Assembly: GCA_977016875.1 (NCBI GenBank)
Contig: CDRNST010000175.1
Location: forward strand, 868,001 to 932,000
DNA length: 64,000 nucleotides
Direction: 5' to 3'
DNA from: Pavona decussata
Taxonomy: Eukaryota
Part shown: in pieces, positions 1 through 12,610 of the stretch
Position numbering within the stretch: the first letter of the stretch is position 1
How the letters are laid out: each line of letters starts with the position of its first letter
The notes under the pieces: model-generated
Database searches by the model: none
What the model saw: only the letters and a program-made list of their open reading frames with translations
What the model was told of the DNA's origin: nothing
Position numbers and translations under genes: made by a program

Positions 1-381
1 CATACATGGTAAAACACAAAAATAATTGTTCATTCTTGGCGATTAACACGGAGTCTTGGGGGTCGCCTGGCCTCAACACATTTCATGTTGATTTTCTGTA
101 CAATCTGACTTGGCACAGGGGACTCTGCTGAATACTTTGAACAAACTTTGCCTGCATGAAAACAAAAGAAGATTATTAGTTTATAGTGAAGAGTATCCTT
201 CCATTTAACAATATTAGGCCAAACGTACTGTCTCTTGACATAACCATTTCAATTTCTGATGAAAAGTATTACTATGACATCCAACCTTTTCACTAGCTGT
301 GAGTGAAAGCAATTATTTCCCCTTTTCCCCACATTTTTTTTTGTTGTTGTCATATTTACCAATGCAACCAACCAGATTTGA

Positions 382-623
382 GATCCAGTTATTCTAAGCC
401 TGATTAAGTTTATCCTGGATTAACTTGACCTTTGATTCAAGTATAACTATACTAATCAATGAAAATACTCCCAAACGATTTTTGTCCCTCAGTTTTGACT
501 GAGACGTTTCTTTAGATTTACCTTAAAATTAAGCTTTAAAACCATTTTTAATGAGCAAATTGAAAACCTCAATGGACTTTTAATCATGGATTAGCATTAA
601 TTGGTTATTGGATAACCGGGCTT
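382..623. mobile_element. Degenerate Harbinger-type MITE in BEN gene intron; same family as 34898-35136
   Basis: Ends ccagttattctaagcctgattaag / ggattagcattaattggttattggataaccgggc and internal taaaaccatttttaa match the 34898 copy. Confidence 0.6.
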
Positions 624-991
624 CAGGTCTCTAAAATGTGGCTTTTATATTTTTCTTAGTTTCACTGTAAGTAGTAAGTAAAATTTCAATGTACCAATGA
701 GAGCTTGGACAATCAGGGTGTTCAAAGGCTGGTGGTTGCTGCTGTTTTTGCTCTCTTTTTCATTTCCTTTTGCACAGGAGATAGCAAGTGTATCTTTTGA
801 GAAGAACATGTCTATTGCAGCATTGATGTAAGCAGGCCAACTCTTGAAGGCTGAACAATAAGCCCGCTGGTGCGGGTACCAGAAAACTCCAGAGCCCTCC
901 ATTACTTCTACCATCTGTAATAAATATTACAAAAATGTTCAAAAAGTCAGTAAAGCTAGATGTAATCTGTCATTTCTTATGGGACTATGAC

Positions 992-1156
992 CAAGGCTGC
1001 TGCCTGACAGAAGCCCAGTAACCTAGGGCACCCAAGAAAATGATCTTGGTGCCTACATTTTTCCCAACAACACCTATCACTTCACGTGTTGGGCTCCTAA
1101 CCTCTTGGCTTTTGGCCTTGTGGGCTCCATGAAATTTTTCTTGGGCAACAGCCTTG
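992..1156. mobile_element. Short MITE-like element with 13-bp terminal inverted repeats
   Basis: caaggctgctgcc ... ggcaacagccttg (1 mismatch). No target-site duplication recognised. Confidence 0.4.
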
Positions 1157-2229
1157 ATGCCCCAGACAAATTCTTCCTCACAAGATCAAGGAAAAGGAAG
1201 TTCTTTGTTTAAATAAACGTGAAACACCCATTTTTGTGGAAAATGATTCTCCCCTTATGTGTAGTACTTTGTCCCCGTGAATAGAATACTTCTGACAAGT
1301 ACTGGTAAGTATATTACCTTGAATTCTTCAGCCAATGTTCTGTCCAAAACCCCAGGCACAGGTCTGCTGTTGACCACTTGCTCAGTTGTCTTTGCCTTTA
1401 CTGTGACATGAAATGAACATGTACATAGAATCAGCAGTTCCCTTTAATTCATTCTATTATTATCAAATTTTGGGCATGCATCTTCAGCAAGAGAATTTTT
1501 AAAGATTTTTGTGTAGGTCTAGTCGTCGATTTTTTTAAATTTGTACAATTTACTCTATAAACTTAATCAGTTTATTTTTCAAAGTAGGTTTCTCTAACAT
1601 ACATTTTAAAAGAACTGATTGATTCATGATTTAATTTGGACTACAACTTTGTATGAACAAAGTTAGTTAATGAAGCATTAGGGACATTACAAATGTAGGC
1701 AAACAACTTCAGCCCTACAAACTTCCATGACACATGCTGATCATCAACCTTCGACTCTAAGTTAGGATATAGTGAAACAGAACTTACAAGCTATGTTAAG
1801 TCTGCGGTGGGTTTTCTCCAGTCGTTTCCTTAGTGCCTCATTCTCCAGCTTTTGTTCCTTGCAGCAGCTGCGACAGGAACCACTTGGAATTTCACAGCCT
1901 TTACCAAAGTTGGCCGGATCTTTATCATCACTGCTTTCATCACTAACATGCTGAAAATGCAATCCTCTCCTTGGTTCAGTGGCATTCTTTGTTTTCCTGG
2001 ATATCATGGGGGTATTATCTGCTTTCTGCTGGGTTGTCGCTGCTTCTGGGACACTGGTAGAACAGTTTGTACTTGTTTTCAGTTGGTCAGTCTGTGTTGG
2101 TGATCTGTCAGAAAGTAGAACTGTTTCAGCAGGAGTAAGTTGTGCTGATGAATGGCATGAAGCAACACTGGGACAGTACACATCATTGTGTAGTGGAGTA
2201 GAAGACCTGATGGGGTTGCTTGGCCGTGT

Positions 2230-2540
2230 TGTTGAAGTCAGCTGAGTTGATAATTGGCAGGAAGGAGTTGAACTTGCTTGGCGAACTGGTTCAGGTGTGA
2301 AGATTGGAGGTGGAGTCCTAGCTGTTGAAGTCGGCCATGCTCTTGAAGTTGGCTGAGTTGATGACTGGCAGGCAGGATTGGAATTAGCCTAATGAACTGG
2401 TTCAGGTGTGAAGATTGGAGGTGGAGTCCCAGCTGTTGAAGTCGGCCGTGCTCTTGAAGTTGGCTGAGTTAATGACTGGCAGGCAGGATTGGAATTAGCT
2501 TGGCGAATTGGTTCAGGTGTGAAGATTGGAGGTGGAGTGA
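2230..2540 (-). repeat. Coding tandem repeat, 111-bp (37-aa, Pro/Ser/Thr-rich) unit, about 3 copies
   Basis: ggtgtgaagattggaggtggagt recurs at 2294, 2405 and 2516. Confidence 0.9.
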
Positions 2541-2597
2541 CAGCTATAATGTCAGAATCTGTGTCATCACTGGAGGAGGCAGCCCACCGGGATCTTG

Positions 2598-2758
2598 CTT
2601 GCCCAGTCAATCACATAGTTCCTCTTTGCAAGCCAAAGGAGAACATACTTGACATAGTCAATATTCAAGAAATCATAGATGTTTGTGTTTACATTAAGTT
2701 TACTGACAGCGATATAGGTTATGCGGCACATTTTCCAAATCATCTTGAAAAAGACTGA
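2598..2758 (+). pseudogene. Extreme C-terminus of an EnSpm/CACTA-like transposase
   Basis: CPVNHIVPLCKP...IQEIIDVCVYIKF...YAAHFPNHLEKD* resembles the tail of animal CACTA transposases (from recall). It is followed by a 3' UTR and a CACTA-like terminus at 4337. Confidence 0.5.
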
Positions 2759-3829
2759 GTTTTCACTAGAATATATTTTCAAATCGACTGCATAAGGACC
2801 TGTAACTTGATATAATCTGTCAAAGGACCAACACTGACTGAAAGTTATGATATTGTGAAATTATAAAGTGATCTTGTTCTGTTATTTAAATATAGGCTGT
2901 ATTCATTTTTTTTTTTGGTTATGTTTTTAAATTTTGACAAGCTTTTCATCTCATGATGTGCAGGCTATAAATTAAAGGAATAAGTTGCCATTAAAAAAGT
3001 GAAGATCCATATGTGCTAATTAAGCAACTTCAGTCTTCCCTCAGTAGGTTAGCACAAAATTAATGCAATGCTGATACAGCAACTAAATGACTGAGGATTA
3101 CAAAGTTTCCAGAAACTTTTGCAATGGGTATCAGAGTTAGCCAAATTAAGCAGTGATCTGAAGCAATTTTTGAAAAGCTCCATGCAAAGTAGGCGACTAC
3201 TGGAGTTCTAATAAGTGTTGTAAAAAGCCTACCGATGAAACTACTGGGGGTACTGAACAGGTGTACAGTTCAGGTCAGAATTATGGGAAATGAGAGGGTG
3301 TGATTTTTCAAATAAGAGTGATGAAGTACAGCCTGATCATAAGATTTTCAAGTAGCTAGATTTGACATAGGAGACAAAATCTGCAATATAAGATGCTAAT
3401 TAAGTAAAAATTATACTTCCATGTTATTTTAGAGAAAGTTATTTGGTAGCAGATTTGGCAGTTTAGCTTGGTGTTTTTTTAACCAGGGTTATATATGTTC
3501 ATGAAGATATTTTTGTTCCTTAATTTACATTAAATTGAGAACAAAGAATGTTACTGTGAATGGCAACTTTCCTGTCTATTCTTGTTAGTAGTAAATTCCA
3601 CTTTATGTCACAACACTACATGAATGTGTTCATGTGCCTTCAAGAACAAGTAGGAGTTTTCACCCAAATGACGGCACTTGAAGAAAACTTGCAGTTTCAG
3701 CCCGTCAAACTTTCCTCCAGTAATGCTTTTTTGCATAAGCCATTTATTGCCAAGATTTAGTTTTTCTTCAGTTGGTCATTTGATAATGGACTGTACACAT
3801 ATAAAAAGAAAAAAAATTAAAGAACTTTA

Positions 3830-4337
3830 ATTCCCAAAGAGTTTCCATAGAGCTATCATATGGAAAATCTATGGGTAGCAAAAAACAAACTTTAAACTTA
3901 TTAACATACCTGACAACCTGCCTATCCCCATAGAGTTTCCATATAGCTATCATATGGAAAACCTATGGGTGGCAAAAACTAAACTGACAACCTGTTTAGC
4001 CCCATAGAGTTTCCATAGATGTTCCCTGTCAGCTGGTATGGAAATTCTATGGAACATTGGGCTCTCAACAAGCCATATCATTTCCATAGATAAGGTAGAG
4101 TGTGGTCATGTCCCACTGCTATGGAATATCTATGGGTATTGATTTCCCATAGCTTTACCATACATTGGCTAGCATGGGATTTTCTTCCCATATGATTTCC
4201 ATAGCTCAAAGTTTCACCAAAACAGACCCCATATCAGTTCCATATCATCCCCCAACCTTTCCATACCTTTCCCATATATGGGACAGATATGGCCCAGTCT
4301 TTGCCATATCATTCCCATAGTTTTGCTTTGGTAAGGG
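3830..4337. mobile_element. EnSpm/CACTA-like right end with dense subterminal direct/inverted repeats
   Basis: Many copies of (tt)ccatag / ctatgg / cccata motifs ending abruptly at ...tttgctttggtaaggg (CCC terminus on the other strand). Confidence 0.6.
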
Positions 4338-4438
4338 AATAATGCTAAAGCTTAACAAAAGTATCAGATTTGCATAAAATGAAATACAAACAAGTAAACA
4401 TATTCTTCTTAAGAGATCGGAGTTGTTTTAAAAACTGA

Positions 4439-6348
4439 TCAGCAGTGTAGCATCTTGATGAAAATGTCTTTGCTTTTTAATTTCTTAAAACGTTTTTTCA
4501 ATGTTTTGCTGTTTTGGAACAGCAAATTGGCCAGCACTGTCCATGGTGACAGGGCCATAAAACACACAAGAGATGTGAACATCATCAGGGTCATCCCGGC
4601 TGGGCCAGTCAAAACCCTTTGCACCCACTCCATAGAGGAACTTGAATTTTACAAAGCTATTGGCTTGACTGAGTCAATTGTAGTAATTTTCCACATATTC
4701 AACAGCATAATACTGCTCTGGTGGGATTGGGTGCAGCTTTCTTTCATACAATTCCAACAGCATGAGTTTCCTGAAATTTGAGATGCTGGCATCACTGATC
4801 ATCTCACAATGACCAACCAAGCACTTTGAATACAAACAAGTGAACACTCCACAGTTATAGTCATTGGTCTGTCCTTTTTTGTTGACTATGAGCTTCAACT
4901 GATCCAAGTTTATACTGCTGTTGACCTTCTTGAGAAGGACACACATCTTAGAAATAGCATCAAGACTTGTTTGTTTAATATGGTTACTTGGCATACTGTC
5001 CAAGACAACAACAGATTTCTCTTTGGGCAGAAAATCCAGTGCTCAGACTCTGAGGTATTGCATGGCACAAGGACTACATCCTGAAGCAGAAGTGGATTGC
5101 TACCTTTCAGCAAGCAATGCACTGGCAGCAAACCAACTGTTCTCTCAAACAACTCCCATGGCAAGGTTTCAACTGTTGTTAGCAGCACAATACACTTGAA
5201 TAAGCCTCAGGTATTCAACAATAATAAAGTTGTATAACCATTTCTCTCAGCTTTTCTTCCTCCTGCCAAGGAAACCATTGAGATCATCAGTTTGTATGAT
5301 ACCACCTTCTTCAAAGCTGATCCAGCCATCAGAAACTGCATTTATTCGACAGTCTAAATGATATGGAAGGCTGAACGAAGTGCATCCTTTGAATAGTGAT
5401 AGGAGCTTGTTAGGAAGGCCCTGCCGAGCTTGGATATCTTTCTCCTCTGGCATCTCTTCCTCATCACTCGAACTTTTATTTGGGTGGCTGGCTCTTTCTT
5501 TCATATCTGGACCACCTGAACCTTTATTTCTAGTCAAACCATCTTCTTCACTTGAGCCACCCTCTTCACCATGACTTTCACTGTCTTCCTCACTGCTCAC
5601 TTGAAAGTTCTTTGTACGTGTAATGGCTGTTTCTTGGAGCATTGCTGAAACAGTCTCCTTCCTCTACACTGGAATCGTCTTTATCAGCACTGCTGGTACT
5701 GTTGCTTCCTTCGCTTAGAAAAGATGAATTCTGATCATCACTATCGCTTCTTTTCAGGTCTTCATTTTCTGAATGAGGAAACTGGACACCCAGTTCAATC
5801 CAGGTATTCTGGTAAGAGTATGTGCGTCAGCGAATAAGACCATTCCTGAGTGGTTCTAAGCTGTGAAATGTGGCAATACCTGAGATTACTGGTGGAACAG
5901 AGAACAATTTCTTTAATCCAAGTAAGTCTGCAGTAGCTCCTAATTCTTCAGATCCAACAAAGGTCACCACAACAGATTTGCTCAACTTATTTGCAACACC
6001 TGTAAATGAGCATGCATCTTTGACTGCTTCCACCTTTCTTGTGGATACAACATTCCAAACCATGCGCTTCACAGTTCCCCAGATACCATCGACAGCCCCT
6101 TTCCCATGTGATGTAGCAAAGTAGTTCCACTGGATGTCATGACCTTGATCTTGAAGTATATGGAGCAAATGGGCAATGTACCTCTTCTTGAACTGTGAGC
6201 TTGGTCCATCTGAAAATATCCAAACTCGAATTATGTTTGGGTTATTTTCCCTTCACAAGGTCGTTGACAACTTTGTACATAAACATGGCAACAGATGTTT
6301 TGTGGTGCTTCAAATCAACTGAAACAATGACATGAGATTCACAGACTT

Positions 6349-6411
<63 letters not shown>

Positions 6412-7080
6412 CAACTTTATTTATAGAGGGTAGCGCACAACAGTGATCACTGAAAGACTAGTGGCCTTCATATAAATATATACAGAATAAAAGTAGGCGT
6501 GTTAAAAATTAAAATAAAATATTCACAAATAAGCAATGACAATAAAAACTAAAGATATGAGACACTAAAATGTTAAAAGCAACACCTTGGATCAAGTCTA
6601 GCAAGTAAGACAAGAAAATTAAAAATAAGACGATAAAATGGTCCAATTCATCATAACTTTGTCCAAATTGCAACAGTGAACAAGGTACTTGGTCTTGGCT
6701 CCAATGTGCAGACTGAACTTCCCCCTGGTACTTGCAGTTGTAATTTTCCCAAAATCAACCTGCACCACTGCTTCTTCTTCTGTCAGATGTTCCAACTTGT
6801 CTTTGAAAAATCTTGCCTGTTGTTGCTTTATAAACACATGTTCCAAGAAAGGTGGCAGCTGAACTTCTAGACCTTCCAGTGCATCATCAACAGTACCCTC
6901 CTTTAGAACTTTCTGAATTTTCTTTACCCATTTCATGCTTTTTCCTCTCTTTGCCTGCAACATTTGTTTGATATGTTCCCACTGATACCTTGTTGCATGC
7001 TCATCAAAGTTAACTGCACTCTTTATTTCTTGCAACCAGCTGGAGCATTTTGCACACTTTTTACATTTTCTAATAATTTA
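4439..7080 (-). pseudogene. Sola2-type DDD transposase with C-terminal Ulp1/C48 SUMO-protease domain, frameshifted
   Basis: Transposase motifs VQVDF..NY, EVQSAHW, IFSDGPSSQFK, WNYFATSHGKGAVDG.. TVKR. Then an acidic linker and Ulp1 motifs SEHW, DSMP, QTNDYNCGVFTC. Confidence 0.75.
6351..6650 (-). mobile_element. 5'-truncated L2/CR1-like LINE 3' end with (TAA)n tail, inserted in the Sola2 transposase
   Basis: About 20 x TAA at 6351-6411 adjacent to actttatt (AATAAA on minus) and an imperfect gagggt...ggccttc stem. It interrupts the transposase between IWTK and CESHVIVS. Confidence 0.6.
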
Positions 7081-8019
7081 GCAAATACTATGACCTCTAA
7101 TTCTATGGTATTTGTGGTACGTTGATTTACCATGCAGTTCACCTCACACCATTAGGAGGTTTTTTTTATCAGTATTGAAGTCTTTATCACCCAGCACCTT
7201 AATGGTAATGACTTTGCATCATTATAGATATTTACTGCAACCTCTGATGGATGCTTTCTTTTTCGTGATTTTTTTTTAGATTCAACAATGATTGGGTATA
7301 TTCTTTATTTCGCAATGATTCACTATGGTGAGCCATTGGGATTCTAGTAGTTTATGATTGTGGAGCTCCACTTTGTAAATTTAACCCAGTTTTCTGCGTA
7401 ACATTTTGATGGAATGCTTCTGTTGTACCTTAACCCCTGCTGAACACTTGACGATTTGTATTGGCTATGACTATTGTATGGAAATTGAGGATTTTTCCAA
7501 AGGGTTATCATCTGCTTAATGATGCTTAATGAAAAACGCATCACAATGCCCTCAGCATCTAAAATGTCTGGTATTTGTATTGTAGACAATATCTTTGCTC
7601 ACTGGATAGTGTGGAGTATGTACATGTAGAGTTCTGGCAAGAATTGGTCACAAGGTTTGTTTAACACAGACAACATTGTCAACTCTTCCAGTTCTAAGAG
7701 AAACTACTGCTCATGTGCACCAGAACTAGATTAGGAGTTGTCAGATTCTGTTCTGTATGTCGTTCACCTTGGTGGGGCTGAATTCAAACAGGTTATCAAG
7801 GTATCAGCAAACCATGGTTGTTTTGGCATAAATTCTATGGACCATATGTATATTTTAAAGCTTAACAATATTCTAAGAAACCACACAACACTTTACAGAA
7901 ACTTCTGTCATCTTTAGTGTAAATTACAAAAGACAGACGTTGAATATATAGTGTAAACCAAAATGCTAATTAACTATAAGCACAAAGGAAACACGACAAT
8001 GTAAAATATTACAGAGAAA

Positions 8020-9110
8020 GTTTTAAATTAACATGATAAAGTTGATGATTAAGTGTAGGTTTTTCCCATTGAATATGAATGGCTTCTTTTATCTTAAGTA
8101 AAAGAAGCTGGCCTGACCTGGATGTCTTTGTGCAGCTGTCAAGGCACTTCCACACAGATCACCTTGGCTTGACTATGGAACAAAACAATCTGGTCAGTTC
8201 TTCCCATGCTTCCTGTAGGCTCCAAAAAGCTCCTGGGGCATAAGATATTGAATTGACCTCTTGAGATTTAATTTCACTGTAGACATTCTACCTACAGAAG
8301 TACTTCCAGAACTTGTACTGGAATGATCCTGATAAGACAAGATGACTGCACTGTTGAGGCTATGTCACTCGAACTAGTGCTTGGAACATGTACAGCTTCT
8401 GGAATATCTGGCAATGACAACTTAAGGATGCAAAACAGGACATGTAGATGGAGGCATGTTTTCTTGTTCTTTATCTGCTTGCTGTTGCTGGTTTTTCTGT
8501 TGGTTGTGCTGTTGGAACATAACCATGGCCATCTTGCTGCCTTTGGAATGGCAATACCTAGTGGGGTTTACTGTCGATGGCGCAGTAAAAACCGCATAGC
8601 GATGCTCTGAAATCTAAACCCTGTGCCTAAAATCTTGTGGTGGGTTTATGCTCAACAAAAAATCCCTTGAAGAACTGTCACATTTATACATTAAAATATC
8701 TTCATGTGTCATTTTCTTGGCTGAGGATGGGTCAGAAAATGACATCATTGCCTCTGTATGAGTACATGAAGAGCTGGTGCTACTTGCCACGCGGCCTGCT
8801 TTGTTCTCCTTACATTTCTTGTGATGGCAAACTACATCAGTTTTTGTTTTAACAACAGTCGTTCTGTTGTCACTAGATTAGAACTCAGCTTAACAGAATA
8901 TATCTCCAGATCATTGCTTTTAACTATTATAACACAGCCATCTGGTGACTCTAGTCAAGGCTTCTTTCACTTTGGTACATATGAGCCACCAATTTTATTT
9001 AAAGCCACATTCCTTGCAGTTCTTTGGTTTCCAAGCATTGGAATATACAAAAGAACAACAAGGGCATTGTCCACGACCCTGAGATGTCCAGGTTGGAGTT
9101 TAACTCTAGA
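8020..9110 (-). pseudogene. Highly decayed Cys-rich / SWIM-like zinc-finger gene, probably the N-terminus of a KDZ/HMGXB3-like transposase
   Basis: Fragments across frames: WKPKNCKECGF, IGGSYVPK, EIYSVK, KNKKTCLHLHVLFC. Confidence 0.35.
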
Positions 9111-10559
9111 GGTAAGTAGTTAAGAAAAATGTTAATGAAAAAAAGTAATGATTAACAGTAACAAAAAAAGGGGAAACCAATACTTATTTATCGAGCGATT
9201 CCATTGGTTTATTGTGTAATTACAAGTAGGTACGGGAAGTGCCTTGGAAACCAATGAGGAGGCCGCTTTGGAAGAGTGCCGGACTGAAGCGCTTTTAATT
9301 ATTACTAATAATAATCAGAGATTAGGCGTTCGACCATTTAGGAAAAGGAAATAACATCAACTGCCAGATATTTTTCACATGTAAATCGCATTTGATTTAC
9401 AGACCAGGAGGTCTGGCCAGTTCTGGCAAATGGAAAACACTCTAAGACATACACACCTGATTAATGTTTTATCAATGTATAACTTTTCTCTTGATTTATT
9501 CAGCGCAAGGCAGCGTTGGTTTCTTGTAGTGAAACAGGTAAACAACAATAGGCCAAACTTATTCATGTGTCTTCGCAGTCGCACACTCTTCGTGAAGGCG
9601 TCGATAAATCTCACCCGCAAGGTTTCTTTCTAACTGAAACAATGCAACTTACCTAAGCAAGCACACCAAATGCGATGCAAGAACGTGAAACTTGACTCCC
9701 GCTAGAAATGGAGGAAATGAACACTGACAAGCTTTCGCAAGATTCCTAATGCCAGCAACTCTTACTTCAGACGTAAGCAATGCAACTTACCTGATAGCAG
9801 CCCACACAGCAAGAAAGCACAGTCCAGGATTCGACAAGCAAGCACACCAAACGCGAAGAGAAGGTAAAACTCGACAAGCAAGCACACCAACACTTGAGTG
9901 AAAAGTGAAAAGACGTGAAAGTCGACTCCCACTAGAAACGCAGCACATGGTTGATGGGAATGACGTGATTCGCACCTGAATAATTTTTTTTTGGGGGGGG
10001 GGGGGGAATTTAATTAAACATGTTTTGTTGGTGTGAGTGGGGCTTTATTTACAAATACTCAGTTTCGTCTTCTATGAAAAGAAAAACATGACCAATCTTT
10101 GGTATACTCCTTTATATGGGGATTGGAACAAACCGAACTGCCATCATATATTTACTTGGGAATTGCAACCAAAAGAACTGCAGTCACACATTTACATACC
10201 TTTATTATCCTTTGGAACCATTGACAATGAGACAATCTCACAAAGTTCTCGCCTTCTTTGACTCCTCCTCTTGTTTATGCCAAAGGATGGACACAGTGCA
10301 ATAAGAATGGCATACATGCCTTGTGCTGTCTAGTTGGAAAGTGTGGCTGAGCTTGAGGTTGCGTGGTTGCAGTTGCCTGTGTTGCCACATTGGTGCTAAA
10401 TTCCCTGCTTCAAATTTCAGTTGGCTATTGCGTGGTGGTTTCCACGGTCTCTAACTGCAGAGATGTTATCAGTTTGACGTCAATGACTTCTTTGCCAGTT
10501 GTGTCTTCTGGAAAGGCCGTGTTAACATCTGTGTTGCGATTTGGAGGGTCGACTTGTGA

Positions 10560-10935
10560 TTCAGGCTTCTGATGCATTTGGTCAACATGGAGTGTCCATC
10601 ATAGAGCTCCGACAAGATTTTCATAAGACTTGGGACCAGTCTGCTCTGTAAGGGTTCCCTTCAAGCCATTTTGGTTCTCCTTGGAAGTTTTGCACTACAA
10701 CTTGTTTCACAAGTGTGGACTCTCCTTTTTTGCTTCATTTATCATGCATGGTTTTCTGATCGCTCTACCTGTTGAAAACCTTTCAACCGAGGTCCAAGCG
10801 CATAAAATCTAACCTTTTCCGTAATCAATGATTCAGAAATGACTGAGCTGGCGTTTGGTCTGTCATTCTATTTGGCATTGTTCTATAACTGAAGAGAAAT
10901 CAAGCTAAACCTTGCTTCAAGCTACCCATTTACAG
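10560..10935 (-). pseudogene. Gypsy LTR retrotransposon integrase C-terminus relic
   Basis: Minus strand reads GLA*FLFSYRTMPN..TDQTPAQSFLN..LRKRLD...VQNFQGEPKWLEG...HVDQM across stops and frameshifts. Confidence 0.7.
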
Positions 10936-11608
10936 AATTCTGAATTATTGCTATCTATAGGGTGTCAGTTTTGAGCCTTAAAAGCGGAGGGTATCGATTT
11001 CATTCCCCTTAAATAGGGTCACTCAAGACCACTTACAGCACACACGTTATACATTATATGCAAAATTGACAATGGTACCCCCTGAGAGCAAACTATGCAA
11101 AAAATAATTAAAAACGTTAAGCTTATGTTGAAACAATGGTTACAGACAAAACGTATGAAGTCAAAAAATTACAGGGTAAGAAAATTAGGTAGAAATTAAC
11201 CAACAAACAAAACAAACCAAATAACTTGTAGCCTATTAGCTTGGCTCCACATATCAAACTAAATTACAACAAATTAACATATTTATGTCTAATATTTCGT
11301 GGACTTAGTAACTTACCCCGCTCTTTCATAGTCAACTTAAGTTCAGCAATGTCTGCCATGCTGAACCAGGGAGCTTTGTTTGTAGCTTGAAGAACAAGCA
11401 CTCTGTCTGGAACATTCATGTGTATTTCTGGAGACAGAAGTTCGGACAAGCCCTTCGTGGACCCCTTTGACGCTCCTCCGAGCTTTGGCCGTCTTTCCCG
11501 CCAAAAGAGAAGTCCTTTGCATGACCGGCAAATCTAATGTGACAGAGTTCAGTAGGGTTATAGTTGGTACAGATCGTGGCAAATCAATAAGGCCGTTTGG
11601 TGGAATGC

Positions 11609-12360
11609 TACCCTGGGTACCAGAGGTTTTTTCCTCACGTGTGACAAGGACCTTTGTTCTGGTACAGATTGCCTTGATTTGCCGTGCTAGATGGACCTTG
11701 ACCTTGTTTCTGATCTGTCAATCAAACTGGCGGTTTCCTACGGTGATCATATGCACAAGCAAATGAAAACCGCAACTCCTTCATGTGCGATTCAATAAGT
11801 GCATTCAACAGGCAAATAACTAAAAAAATGGCTTTCTTTGGGTAACTCGTATATCCCATCATATCGGGTGCAGGGCATATGCCAGGTAGTAACTGGAACA
11901 GTGATTTTCCATAGCCAGTCGGCAAGACTGCCAATGCCCTCTCTTTGTTCCGCACTTATTTCCTCTACACTATCGAATGTTCCAATGACTTCAGCTATTG
12001 CCATATCTAAATCTTCCCTTTGTACAGCGATTTGATATTTCCAATTCTCTTTTCAAGTAAAAAGTGAAAAACGTTTGTGTCATTTGCTTGGATTGTTTGG
12101 AATCGATCTTTGTCACCGTCAAACCAGCCACGTCCCGATCACATGCCTATTGTGATTGTTATCCAATCAGAGGGTTTGAAACATTCAAAGTCTCCAAGGA
12201 ACCAATCATCAAAACATCCAGATTCTGGATGTTTGGGTATAAGCAGGGTTGTAAATGGGTCGGCGCTATCAAAGGGATCGCGCTCTGGCCCAGAGGCTTT
12301 TCGTGCTGGTCACTTTGAAGACTTGAGACAGTTAACCGTGCATGAAAAGCCTCTGGCACC
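11609..12360 (-). mobile_element. Non-autonomous Academ(H)-like element carrying the 5' fragment of a RecQ-like helicase
   Basis: Inverted ends ggtaccagaggtttt / aaaagcctctggcacc. Minus strand has a Q-motif-like ISAEQREGI, Walker A AVLPTGYGKS and motif Ia VICLLNALIESHM. Confidence 0.65.
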
Positions 12361-12419
12361 AAATTTAGTGGAATGCCTTTCTGATGAAGACAATGAAACC
12401 GAATGTGGAAGCAACATAG

Positions 12420-12610
12420 ATGGTACTAGGCATCCTGTTAAACTCCGTGGTAGCATACACCGATTTTGCAGTTTAAAATTCCCTACTAACCACACTTCGT
12501 ACTTTGGCAGGAAATCTCTTAAATATTTTGTTTTTGGAAAAATCTGTCAGACGGATGCCACAGATTTCTTTCGTGAGGACATACCAATGCTGTCGAGGGT
12601 GAAGTAATGT
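12420..12610 (+). mobile_element. Possible LINE (CR1/L2) ORF2 C-terminal relic
   Basis: LRG...KFPTNHTSYFGRKSLKY resembles the conserved end of CR1/L2 ORF2. Confidence 0.35.

Larger units (their letters stand above)
30..2600 (-). pseudogene. BEN-domain accessory gene of an EnSpm/CACTA-like element (exons ~2600-1788, 1400-1318, 914-695, 151-30), 5'-truncated, one nonsense codon
   Basis: Four exons join in frame through GT-AG sites (...RLNIA/LKAKTT...EEFK/MVEVMEGSGVFWY...AIDMFFSKDTLAISCAKG...PLNTLIVQALI/GKVC...INMKCVEARR...TGA at 30-32). The C-terminus matches the BEN pattern. In-frame TAG at 2389-2391 where sister repeat copies have CAA. Confidence 0.75.

Noticed and set aside
3830-4337. CRISPR-like or structured RNA array
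   Set aside because: Irregular spacing and mixed orientation ending at a transposon-like terminus fit subterminal repeats.
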